DNA from: a virus
Lineage: Duplodnaviria > Caudoviricetes
DNA: 62,584 bases
IMG/VR virus record: IMGVR_UViG_3300018036_000008
Span: 1 to 62,584 of that record
Direction: 5' to 3' (one strand)
In this document: positions 7,799-20,200 of the stretch, in pieces
Position numbering within the stretch: the stretch's first letter is position 1
How the letters are laid out: each line of letters starts with the position of its first letter
Notes under the pieces: generated by a model
Told to the model about the DNA's origin: nothing
Seen by the model: only the letters and a program-made list of their open reading frames with translations
Database searches by the model: none
Position numbers and translations under genes: made by a program

Positions 7799-8644
7799 TT
7801 ATAAAGCAGTATTTTTCTCTTCTTCTTTGTCGGAGATTAGGTTTGGATACTGTCCCAAAGCCACTTCGTTTATACCACCAGGTTGGTTAGGCTCTACATC
7901 ATTATCGTAGTTTACAGTGTTATCTGACTCTGGTACTCTAAAAGTAGAGTCTATTGTATAGGCTATACCACCACAAGTATATCTAGGATTATATCTTTGT
8001 GGGTCGAACTCGTTATCTGCGTTAAAAGAACCGTAAGTAGCCCACAACATCTGTTCTACTTCATTGTCTAACTGTTCTCTTAAGTCACAAAGTTTTAGTA
8101 TTTGTTCCTCTAACCTAACTTTTACCATTAACTCTTGTGTTATCCACTTTCTACTTTGTTGGATAATAATACTTGTATTAGCCTCTGTCGGTATTGTAAT
8201 CTTACCTCCCACTCGACTAGACTGATACTTTAATAAGTTCATATCCCCATCTTGTACACCACTATTTAAAGAATAAGTTGTATTCTTTAAATAGGCCACA
8301 CCTTGACCAGGATTAGTATAAAACTCTTCACTGTTAAAGTCTATTGGTCTCTCTGGTGTTAGAAACATAGATATGTCGAACGGATTACCCCCTAAAGCAC
8401 AATACGCTTGTACTAACTTACCTAAACTGGAATCCACTGGCTCCACAACAAAACCTTGTCTCTCCTCTGTAGGAATTCCTTCAGGTCCTGTTTTATACAA
8501 CACTCGTATTTCACCTATTCTTTCTCTCTCCGCGTCTATTACAGAAAATCTAGCCTGTACATCTTGTCTTAGTTCCAACATAAACTTACGATAAGACAGC
8601 CAAGAACCTTCCCTGAATCTAGATAACCAAGCGTAAGAAGACAT
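7799..8644 (-). CDS. Hypothetical protein, last gene of the tail/baseplate operon
   Basis: 281-aa ORF coupled to the upstream gene (TAATG overlap). Confidence 0.8.
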   Translation of the reverse strand: MSSYAWLSRFREGSWLSYRKFMLELRQDVQARFSVIDAERERIGEIRVLYKTGPEGIPTEERQGFVVEPVDSSLGKLVQAYCALGGNPFDISMFLTPERPIDFNSEEFYTNPGQGVAYLKNTTYSLNSGVQDGDMNLLKYQSSRVGGKITIPTEANTSIIIQQSRKWITQELMVKVRLEEQILKLCDLREQLDNEVEQMLWATYGSFNADNEFDPQRYNPRYTCGGIAYTIDSTFRVPESDNTVNYDNDVEPNQPGGINEVALGQYPNLISDKEEEKNTAL

Positions 8645-11031
8645 TATTCACTCACCAATAAATCTAAAAGAAACTCTATTACAAAACTTGGTACACCACC
8701 TGCTACTAAGACCGCCCCAGCAGCCCTTTCACTTGTAGCGGATACAGGTTTATTAGTAGAAGATACTAACTCATTAACTAGACCTCCTGTTCCATTAGCC
8801 GTTACTACTAAGGCACTTACTTGTGGTAAAGACATTGACAACAAAGAGTCTATTAAAGTTTGTAACTCTTGTAATAGTGTTTCTAAACTTTCGATACGGG
8901 CTTGTACATTCTCTATAGCCTTATCTATCTTCTCCGCTTGAGACTCTACGGCTTCCAATAAACTTAAAGCTTTGTCTTCTACAATAGTAAAGAACTGTTC
9001 GGCTTCTGGTACCATTGTATTTAAAACATTGATTTTAGTCCATCCTTTATCTTTAATTTGTGGTTGGTTGATCCCAACCATTAGTAAGGATTTAATATAG
9101 TCTATTAAAGGTAGAAAACCGTTGTCCTCTTTTAACACATAGTTTCTAAAGAACACAACCTCGTTAAACTCTTCTGTTGTGGTATACACAACAGGAGAGT
9201 TATCCCCACTACCCATCCCCATACTCCAAGTGTTAATCTCTACTGTATACTTAGACTTAAAAGCAGGGTATCTGGAAGCACCTTTTAACTTACCTGTTTC
9301 GTACAAAGACTTTAAAGTTCTTTTGTGTATTCCAATACCCAACGGATTACCCGCTATACCAAAACCTTTTTCCGGTATCTGTAATAACTCACTAATTGTT
9401 TTACCTTCGTATAAAACCGTTGTTTGTATTTGTTTAATTTGAAACTGTAAAGTGTCCAGTACTTCCTGAGGAGGTACAAACTTAGACAACATATCTTCCG
9501 CTATTGTTCTTGACAACAATAAAATCTTGCTACAAAAGGTCCTAGGATTACCTGTTTTATAAACAGAATCTGTGATGTTATACTTTAACATTAACATTCT
9601 ACCTAAGTACTCTAATCCTGTTTCCTGTATGTAAGTATTGTCTGTAAAGTAATAGTCTCCCTTCTCCACACCAGATGTAAACTTAGGGGCCTCGTTAAAG
9701 TCTGGTCTACACAATAGTAAGAAACATATAGCGTCTATTAAAGCGTTTTTGTAATCCAGTTTTAAAGGTTGTGGAATCTTGGCTTGTATAGGCTGAGACA
9801 CTTTGGTATAGTTTTTACTGTTTACTTGTGCTGTGTATACACCCGTACCTAAAAATAAATCTTTCGATGGAATGTTATAAATTGGTTGTTGGATTCTTTG
9901 GGGTTGTTTTAAAGTTCCTTGTCCAACAGGATTTACAACACCCCGAATTCTAATATAAAGGTTTTCTGCCCTTCTTATGTTTACTAACTTACCTGTAGCC
10001 CCTTGTACTTGTATGTCCGCGTGTAAAGGTAAATCTTCTACATCAATCAAACTTGTTAGGGACTCTCCGCCGGCTAACTTTGTCATGAAATCTGTATTGA
10101 CTACAAAAGTCTTACCTATAACATTGTCTATCCAATCCTCTAATAAGATAAAAGGTGTACTAGAGTTTTTTAAACCAATTTTAAGTCTTTGACTAAACTT
10201 ACCTGTAACAGGTTCTATTTGTAAATCTGCTAAGTCGCCATACCACTCTAAAGCGTTATTTGTAATAGGGTCTATTACAACATTCCCTAGTGTAATAGTA
10301 TTATAAACCCTTAAACCCATCAACTGTAAAGGTTCTGGAATGGTACTAATATGTATTAAATAGCCTTGTGGGGCTGGTGTGTCTAAAAATGGAATACCTC
10401 CTGTGTTAGGAAAAGTCCAGCTAAGACTTAATTTCTCGGGTACACTTTGTAAGTCTTTGTAAGCCTTTAATAACTTAGACTCATATTCCATATACTTAAT
10501 TTCTGTTGGGATTGGAATACTATAAGGATCAGAGTCTCCCATTACATTACGAAGCCCGAAGAACTCTATAATCTGTTGTATTAAATCTACAATACGACCT
10601 ATTCCTGTGTCCCCCTCAGACACATATAAGAACACACCTAAAACACCACTGGAACTAGAAAAGTCTGGTCGGTTACTATCACTAGGATCAAGTAACCTAG
10701 TTACCATTCTATTTTCATATCCTTCGTATCCACCTACCACATCTGCGTAATTATTTTTACTGTCCAATAGATTCCAATCCCCATGAAAATAAAAACCAAG
10801 TTGTCTTAAATCACTAAGAATGTTTTGTATCTGTTTAATAACGGCTTTTAACAAAGGTATAAGTGGATCTAGAATACCTGTTGTAAACGCTTTAATAATG
10901 TTTAAAGTAGTCTCCGCCAGATTAAGTGTCTGGATAAGAATTTCCAGTAAACCACTAACACCATCTACAATAGGTTGTAGTTGGTCTGTGATTTTGTTTA
11001 AACTAGGCTGTATTACTATCCAATCAGACAT
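8644..11031 (-). CDS. Putative virion structural protein
   Basis: 795 aa with helical N- and C-termini; lies within the structural operon. Confidence 0.6.
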   Translation of the reverse strand: MSDWIVIQPSLNKITDQLQPIVDGVSGLLEILIQTLNLAETTLNIIKAFTTGILDPLIPLLKAVIKQIQNILSDLRQLGFYFHGDWNLLDSKNNYADVVGGYEGYENRMVTRLLDPSDSNRPDFSSSSGVLGVFLYVSEGDTGIGRIVDLIQQIIEFFGLRNVMGDSDPYSIPIPTEIKYMEYESKLLKAYKDLQSVPEKLSLSWTFPNTGGIPFLDTPAPQGYLIHISTIPEPLQLMGLRVYNTITLGNVVIDPITNNALEWYGDLADLQIEPVTGKFSQRLKIGLKNSSTPFILLEDWIDNVIGKTFVVNTDFMTKLAGGESLTSLIDVEDLPLHADIQVQGATGKLVNIRRAENLYIRIRGVVNPVGQGTLKQPQRIQQPIYNIPSKDLFLGTGVYTAQVNSKNYTKVSQPIQAKIPQPLKLDYKNALIDAICFLLLCRPDFNEAPKFTSGVEKGDYYFTDNTYIQETGLEYLGRMLMLKYNITDSVYKTGNPRTFCSKILLLSRTIAEDMLSKFVPPQEVLDTLQFQIKQIQTTVLYEGKTISELLQIPEKGFGIAGNPLGIGIHKRTLKSLYETGKLKGASRYPAFKSKYTVEINTWSMGMGSGDNSPVVYTTTEEFNEVVFFRNYVLKEDNGFLPLIDYIKSLLMVGINQPQIKDKGWTKINVLNTMVPEAEQFFTIVEDKALSLLEAVESQAEKIDKAIENVQARIESLETLLQELQTLIDSLLSMSLPQVSALVVTANGTGGLVNELVSSTNKPVSATSERAAGAVLVAGGVPSFVIEFLLDLLVSE

Positions 11032-11255
11032 TACTTCTTCTTTGTAATTTTTGACTTCTTAACATTAAGTTCGTTTAATAAACTTTTATCTTTTATTAAC
11101 TGCTGGTCTATTACACTTTTTAAACCTTGTAATAACTGTACTTGTTTTTGGATATATAGATTATTAGGAGATCCTTCTGGTGTTTCTGCCCACATATTAG
11201 GTTCTACACCCTTTTCTTTTAACAATTTGTCTAACTCTTCTTTACTTATTGACAT
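11031..11255 (-). CDS. Small coiled-coil hypothetical protein
   Basis: Overlaps both neighbours in the operon; GGAGG RBS. Confidence 0.7.
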   Translation of the reverse strand: MSISKEELDKLLKEKGVEPNMWAETPEGSPNNLYIQKQVQLLQGLKSVIDQQLIKDKSLLNELNVKKSKITKKK

Positions 11256-14200
11256 GAACTACCTCCACCACCTTTTGAGTTTTGTTGTTGTTTGGCCAAG
11301 TCCTGTTGTTTTTGTACTTCTTCCTCAATAAGACTTACAGACCTTTGTGCTTGTTGTAATGTTCCATTATACACATTACTACGAGCGTTAATCCAAGCTA
11401 ACCTTTGACCCCTTAGATCCTCATCTAAACTTAAAGAGTCTTGAATGTAATCTGGTAATACAGGCCTAACTTGTCCCACACCTTGTTCGAAACTTGTGTA
11501 CTTCTCTACAACACCTACAGGACTAGTATAGTCCAAAGTTGTATCTAATACCCAAAATCTTCTATCCAATATAGATAGACAATCATTGTTATTACTAAAT
11601 GGAGCCACATTGGCTAGTCCTTGAATGTCTACAATAAAACCATTCGAGTAAACACCAAGTCCACTAGAATAGTCTACTGGGCTACCAACATCTAATAAAT
11701 GATCATCCTTTTGAAAGTCGTAATATGTACCACCCCTTGAGCCATTGTAATAACTTTGAATTTCTTCTATCCAAGACAACATACGCTCTCTCATAAACAA
11801 CACTAACTCTATTGTGTCCTGTGTTATTAATCCTGTGGGTCTAATGATCCTATAAGCCAAAGGTTCAATACTTTTAAAAATGTCTACACCATTTCTAAGA
11901 TTATATAAGTCACTCACAGGTCTTGCTGTTGGGCGTAAACTTTGTTGTCCTTCTTTACCATTAACTGTAATACTACTATCTGAAATTGTAGGTAGTACAA
12001 CATAACGATAATCTAAGCCTAAACCATAATCCTCAATACCACCAAACACTACATTGTCTGTACCACTCTCATCACTACCACAAAACACACTAGAACCACT
12101 TACAGTCAGTTTACTTGGATTGTCTGTGTCTAGAGTACCCACACGATAGAAACCCCTGTTGTCGTCTGTTACAGAGGGCTTAGAGGCTACGTACACATTG
12201 GTTATTCCATCGGGTGTAACACCTACTTTGTCTTGGCCGTTATCTGTTAAGGCCACATCCCCATTAGGACGATACCCTTTCTCATTACCACTGTATAAGT
12301 CACCTGCAGGATCTACAATAATGTAGTCACCTTCTTGTACTCCTTCTGTAGACCAGTCTGTTACAAGTGTATCTTGTAACACATTAAAGTCTTGTACTAA
12401 GCCACCGTCTTCGTTAGAGTTTACTCTAGATACTTTTCGTTGAAATACTACTTCTTGAGTGATACTCTCTAACAATTCCTCACAGGATTGTTCTATGGGG
12501 CTAAGATTGTTCTTTAAAAATACTTCGAACTTCTCTCCACTGTATGTAAACATTAACTGATACTTTAACTTAATAGTGTTATCATCTACTACTTTTAAGA
12601 CTTCGTTTTCCTCTTGTAAATTACCATTACTGTCATATAGTCTTACAACATCACCCGATTGTATATTTACTTTTAAGTCTTTAAAACCACCTAATGTAGT
12701 ACCACTAACGGCTACAAGTTGTTTATTACTTGCTGTGTCTACTACACCTTGTCGAATCTCATATATAAAAGGTAAGTCTGTACCTAAATCTGTAACATTG
12801 TCTTGTTCTGTGTGGAATCTACGAATCCTTCTTACCACTACACTTACAAACTCTGAGTTTTGTGGTGGTGTAGTGAAGTCTTTAACTTGTCTGAATCCTA
12901 CTAAAGAACCTGGTGTAAGTCCTGTAATGTTAGACACTACTCTTGGGGAGTTGTCGTGACTTGTTAATAGTCCGAATGTTACAGGCTTTGGAAAACTAGG
13001 TTCACAGAAAATACCACCAAGGGCCAAGAAACCATATTGACCAATACTTGTGTCTATATTATCACTCAATACAAAAGCATCTTGAGGTAATAAACATTGT
13101 AAGTTATTAGCAGGGGCTCCTATATCAAAGTGAATAGTGTCCCAATCCCCACTAGTTAAAGATTCTAAACTAATATGTACAGCCACACCTTGCATTCCAT
13201 CTGTTTGAGTGGATACTGGCAAAGTTCTACGACCATATACAGGTAAACTACTATCTTCTTGAAATACATTATTACTTGTAGGTGTTGGTACATAGATAGC
13301 AAGACTAGAAACAGGAGGTGTTCCAATATGGTTTACGATTGTATTAACACCAGAACTAAATGTTTTATACGGCTGTAAACTATGGAAAGATTGTTTATTT
13401 GTTAAAGTGATAAACTGGAAACCACCATGTGTTTCAAACCCTGTAGCACTATGTGAACTACTACCTACGCAATTGTTAGTTGGTAATGTAGAATCTATTT
13501 GTTTTACTCCTACATACTTCATACCAGATACTAAGATACCATTAGACAAGGCATTAAAGAATGTACCTTTTAAGATAATACCACCACTGGCGTTTCTATA
13601 GCCACTAAGTCCTGTTATTGTTCCTGTTTGTGTATTATTATCATAGGAAATAGTACCTTCACAAGAATAAACACTGTCTTCATCTAATGTATAACTACCA
13701 TCCCAAGTAGCATACTGAGGATTAAGTATAAAGAAGAATCTACTATTTGTTTCAAAACCACTTCCATTAGGTGTTTCCTTTACAGGTACAACATTACTAA
13801 GTGTAATAACTTCTGTGTCGGAATCAAAACTATCTAATACAGGAAATGTTAAGTCTAGTTTGGTATTAGTACCCATTAGTATTTCGGGTTTAACACCTCT
13901 TAACTTAGCACCACTATTATCTGTTTCCCCATTAGCCTCTACTGCGTGTCTTACTAAGTATGTACCATTAGTAACCTTACCTTTAACAAGAACAATGTCA
14001 CCGGCTTCCACTTGGCTTACATCTGTATTGTTCAAGTCTTGTATCCAAGTAAACGCCCCAACACGAGCAAATCCTCCATAAGTACCGTAATCATAGATAG
14101 TACCAATACCACTATAAATCCTTGTTGTACTTGTACCTACATCGGAAGAAGGTGCTAAGCTTAACTTAATACTAGAGACATCCGAAACACCCCAATTTGT

Positions 14201-17200
14201 ATTATGATGGTACTCCCAAGACATAGCCCGAAGTCTTCCCCTACCTGTACCATCTGTTGTAGTTAAGTAAGGTTGTCCTACAGGAACTAATCCGTTAACA
14301 TCTGGACCCACTCTTTCTAGATAAGTAAGATAATCACCACCATTAATTTGATTTTTAGAGTTAACATTTAAACTAAAGAATCCACCACTATGACTAATAA
14401 CATCTAACTGAATACCCATTTCATAACTAGTATTACCATCGAACGGATATGTGTTACGAGGACTTGCTGTACTTAGGTCTATTAACTCACTGAATGTTAG
14501 TAAGTCTTGTTCGATCTGACAAGTTGTAGAACCTGCACCATTACCAACAGTTAAGGCTCCTCCTGTGTAGGTGTTTGTTTCACTTGTAATGTATGTGTCT
14601 AAGTCTATTGTAAAGTCATAATAAGTATCTGGTGTTAAGCCTAACACTTGTAAAGGACCCATACTAGATACATTGGTTTCTACACTAAAAGTAGTAGTGC
14701 CCGTAAAACTCATAATAGAGGTTAGAAAATGTGGTACTACTGTAGCACTTGTATCATAAGTCCAAAAAGTACTTCCTGTTAACACTTGATCGAATGTAAT
14801 TGTTCCAACAAACCCACCCGCTCCATCAAACAAGTTAATGTTAAATACATTGTTAGTATTAAAGAATAGATTAAACAACCCTTGTAAAGTTAAACCACTT
14901 ACACTACTAAACTCAAAAGTAGTTGTTCTGTCTATACCTACAATCGTTTCCGTAATGTACACACCACTTACACTATTACCTTTGTGGCTGTAAGCACCTT
15001 TTAAGTGATACTGATGAAAGTCTCCAATATATGTGGGATATACATACCTAGCAAGTTCCACACTATTGTCTGTTATATCCCCAACAGTGATAATACCTTC
15101 GTACATACTTACGGGTAAGTTGGGTTGATTAAGTTGTACAAAACCAATGTCACCCCTTCTAACAGAACCAATACCAGACCTTGTTTGATATACACCTGTA
15201 CTCGTAATAGGCCTCAAAGATTCCGTTGTGTACAATGTACTTGGATTATGTACACCGTCTTGTACTGCGTAATATGTACCATCTATTATACGATGTTCGT
15301 CTGGTAAAACACTATCCCAATACTGATAGTCTATTGTGTAAGAGTATCCAGAGGAAAAAGCTGTAACACTTGGTTTAGGTGAGTAGTTTGTGTCTTGTAG
15401 TATTAAACCCATCACAGTAGAAATACTACCTAAAACATCTAACTCTGTATTTAAAGGCTTTAAGTAAGGAACTTGTACATCACCGGAATCATCTCTGTCT
15501 TGACCTAATAAGCAAGGTAGTTGTACAGGATTAGGTCCTGTATATTGAAAGTTAACAATACCTTCGATGGGTGTTAAAGGTTCTGGAGGGTTTTGTCCAA
15601 AGATACTACGAATGTTTATACCATCATCATCCGAGTTTGGAAGTGTGGCGTCTCTTAACTCACCAGAGTTTTTATCTAACTTAATGTCAAAGTCTATTCT
15701 AAAATCTGGAATAACATTTATTAAAGTATTAAGTTCTTCTACTGTAGCACTTTCATTGTCTGCAGGTACACTGTCAAAGTCTTTAGGGGCTGTAGCCAAC
15801 AAAGTATCCCCGAACCCATTATTACTTGAAATAATGTCTTGTAATGTTTGTGTTTCTGATACAACAATGTCGTCACCACTAATACTATTGCCATCTTTAT
15901 CTACAAGAGTAATAACACAACCACTAAGTACTTCGTTTACATATAGGCCACTTTCACCAGTAATTAAATCATACAGTTTTCCATCGGGTGTACCCCATAT
16001 AACACGATTACCTATTTCAATACCAGGTGTGTCTAAGTCCGCGTCTCCTGTATTAACATCTATTAAAGTACCACCATTAGACAATAACTGACTACTATCA
16101 GGGAAGCCTGTTTCAGTGTCAATAGGTAGTTCACTAAGATATAAAGGCGTTACAACAATAGTAGCCACACCTGTTGTAACAATACCATAAGCACTATCTA
16201 AGTCATCATTGCCGTTTGGATAATAAGCCCATACACGACCTCTTCCATATCTTCTTTCTATATTTACATCTACAATACCTGTAATAGTTCCTAAGGCTGG
16301 ATTAGATACAGTTCCGATAGTTGTATTCTTAGTACTTACTTTTTCTTTACTTACAGTATCGGGTTCTGTTCCAGTCACCTCTATTGTACGACCTGGTGAG
16401 AAGTATCCAGGTCCTGTAATACTTCCATCATTAGTGTCTACACTGTACTCTAAACCTGGAAACAGTCTAGAGAAGTGTTTTGTTTGACTTGGAAACAGTC
16501 TAGATAATTTACTAGGTTGTGACATATACTTAAAAATACCGGCCACATCCATTTTTGGAGACAACGCAGCCCAACCTCTATTTCTAGCAAATCCTATTAA
16601 GACCCTGTCGTCCATATCATTACGAACTTTTTGTCTTTGTAAAGTAATAAACTTGTCTAATGTTTGTGTGTTAGGTGTTCTACCGTCTTGGCTGTTTGGT
16701 CTATTTGTAGGATTGGTTTCTGTAGAGGTTTTTGGATCTACAATAGGATCAGATTCTTCGAAGTAAGCACCTTGTAAGTTTTCCGCCCATTCTTCTACAA
16801 TACTACGCCAGATAAGTCTTGGGTTTATATTTCCCGTTATACTGTTTTCAAAACCTTCGGGTGTGTACTTACGACCATGTCCAATGTTAAATCTAAACTT
16901 ACCATCTCTATCTCCAATAAACTTACCACTTATTGTTTCTAGCACTTGTTCGAAACCTACAATAACATCATTGTAAAACTCTATATAAGATCTACAAGCC
17001 CGATCTTTATTTAGTAAGGTGTTTACTTCACCATACAAACCTAAGTTGCCTTGTTCACTTGTATCTATACAAGTTGTGGCTTGTGTAACACCTGTACCCG
17101 TACCAGAAGTCGAAGATAAGATTTCATCTACAACAGTTACAACATAATCTTGCAGAGGTTGGATTTGAAAACTAAAACTATCAGGACTATAAAAACTGTA

Positions 17201-20200
17201 CGAACCTTTTAAACGACCTCCTTCTATTCTATTGTCTTCATTGGGCTCACTTAGTATTAAGTACTGTCCATAGTATTCCGGATACAGTTCGGCGTTCTCT
17301 TGTATAAGAGGCTGTACTTGAATATACTTGGTATAAGACACATATAAGTACTCTAAAGGTTGTAAGGCTTCCTTTAAAGTGACAACACCATTAGAGTTTA
17401 AGTTGTAGTCCTTACCCTGTGTTAAGGCTCTACCAATACCATTTCCAGTAGTTAAAACCGCTGTGGGTTCCCCTAATACCGGCAAGTAAGGTAACAAAAA
17501 CTGTTTTATATTAAAAATTAATGGTGTGAGAGATACTTTAATTGTACCACCACTTAAACCAACAGAAGAAGGCTTGTTTAAAGAAATAACAGTATAGGAC
17601 CCATCTTCTGTTAAACTAACACCCCCTACTAAGAAAGGATACCCGTTAATGTCCAACACATAGTTATCTTTTATAACTTGTGAAACATTACCTACAATAA
17701 CTATACGATCGGAACCTTTATCTATTGGTAAGTAAGTAGTCGCTAGAACTACCATGAAGTTACTATTATTTCTTACCGGATAGTCAGATACTAATAAGGG
17801 TTCGTCATTACCTGGACTTACACTTCCTACATCACCTTCTTGAATAGGAAACACTGTTACAAGTGTAGTATTTGTAATACTGTCGTACACACTGTTATCA
17901 ATGTAAAACAAAGTACTTCCAATAGCTAAACAATGATCTACAGGAAAGTTAAGAGTTCTATCTCCCTCTACCTCAAAAGTGTTTTCACCCGCCTTTAAGG
18001 ATATAGGTTTGCGGTATAGTGGAAACTGACTTGTACCAAAAGCCTGTTCACCCCCTAAAGCCGATAACATACCATAATTAATTTGTACTACAGCACTGTC
18101 TTCTATTGGTATGTTAAACACTATAAGATTATTGTTAAAGTCTATTGAGTAGTTGTTATCCCACAAGTTATATAGCCTACTGTCTACCCACACACTGACA
18201 TTAAAGTTGGTATCTACGGCTTTATTATTAAGATTAAAAGAATAGTTGTATTCATCCACTCTTGTACATTCTTCTAGTCGTATAATGTGACTTAAAAACT
18301 CCGTTACTTTAACAGGAGAACCATTCTCTTGTAGTTTATCTCCATAATCATCTGCTAAGTAATAACTAATTTCTACTAAGTCGTTTTCCAATAAAGGTGT
18401 TTGTAGGAACACACCCCCGTTTAAAGGGGATACTTGCACATCAAAACTTTCCTTAACAATTTGTTCCACAACAAAGTAACATTCTACATCCCCATCTACA
18501 GTATCTGGAATATTTAAAACTCCATCACTTAGTTGTAATTCCGCCTCGTTTACTAAGTTACTACTTAGTCTAAATAGTTCGTCCAAGTATAATGTATTAC
18601 CACTATAAGTAGCCAATACATTATCCCCTACTTGAATCTCTCCAGTACTACTTACAATGTTAATCCTATCTGGATCTGGTGTAACATTGTCCCACAATAA
18701 CAAACCATTATTAGAGTTAAAGATACCATCTCCAACCCTAAACTGAAAGAATATATTAGAGGCACTACTCTCAGTAAAGTACTTAGAAGTAATGTCTGGA
18801 TAGTTTAAGTTTGTGTTTCTAATAACACCTAAGTCATAACCCTTAACTAATGTGTATATAGGAACTTCTAATCCTACAATACCAAACCTAACACTCACAG
18901 TCTTACTTTGAGTACTTATAGAGGTGATGTTGGCTTCTAGTGTTGTATTTCTTGTACCACAAGGACTTAAAACTTTTACTTGAATAGGTTCTTCTAAGAA
19001 CGATTCTTGTGTAAACATTTTAACATTAGCCACTAAACTTTCATCTAGTTGTGTTAAATCCTTTGTGTTGTAAATCTTCCACTTAGCATTAGTAAAACTA
19101 TAAGGGAATGGTGGGTCCACTGTTAAAGTACAAATACCACCTACCAAACTTTTATTGGTAACTCTGTACACACCTTTACTATCTGTAGTTTGTAAGTCTA
19201 ATAAGTTACCTACATTCACTAAGTTAAACAAGTCCGCTTGAAGTTGTGTGTTTTGACTAGAGTTGTTAGACAATACTGGATTACTAAATAGTACACTTAA
19301 ACCTTGTCCACCAGAACCTGAATAAGTATTAACGGCTACTTGTTGTATTAAACTAGCCTGCCCAGAGGCCCCTTCGTCTTCCAATAAAAAGTTTTCCCCT
19401 ATAACTAACTCTTGAGGAGAACTGTAAACATCTTTGTAATACAAACCAAAGTCACTATCCCCCATTGTTAACGAAGACAATGTTTGAGGTATTACACTTA
19501 CATCATTTAGTTGTAAAGTATTTGTAAGTTGGTCTACGTTAGTTTTAAGTGTTTTACCAAACTCTGTCCATAATAATCTAGACTCATCATAGTCATAAAT
19601 AACACCCACACCAGCGTTAAAACCATAGTTCGGTATATTAATAGGAAAGCCTCCTAACACCACTCTAAAATGTACATCCTCTTCAAAACCCGGTAAGTCT
19701 TCTAATGGGAACTGATCTACAGCCTGAAAAGGAAAAGAGATAATTTCCTTTTGAATAACTGTATCCTCTAAACGCCAGTACGCCATAGTATCTGGGCTTC
19801 CATTTAAATCCGTTAAGTTAGTAGGACTTCTATACAAGTTTAAAGATACACCAGAGTCCGGTAACCATCTATGTGTGTCACTTGTAATGTCCACCTTCCA
19901 AGTTGGTAGTAAACCTAAAACACTATGGCCACTTAAGTCCAGAACATTGGGATTGTAGCCAATCTCTAAACTAGACACACCTTCTACATACAGATAACCT
20001 CTAAACGCCTTAAAAGGGTTATTAGGTACGATACTATTAAGATACACAGCCATTTCAAAGGCTGAATATGTTCCTGTAGTTAATGTGATAGTCGTAGTCG
20101 TGTTATCTACATCTACCACAAGTTGTTCCCCACCCTCACAGATGTAAGGTTCTTGTTTGCGGGTATATATCTTACAAGAGTTAGAGTAAGAGGCCAATAC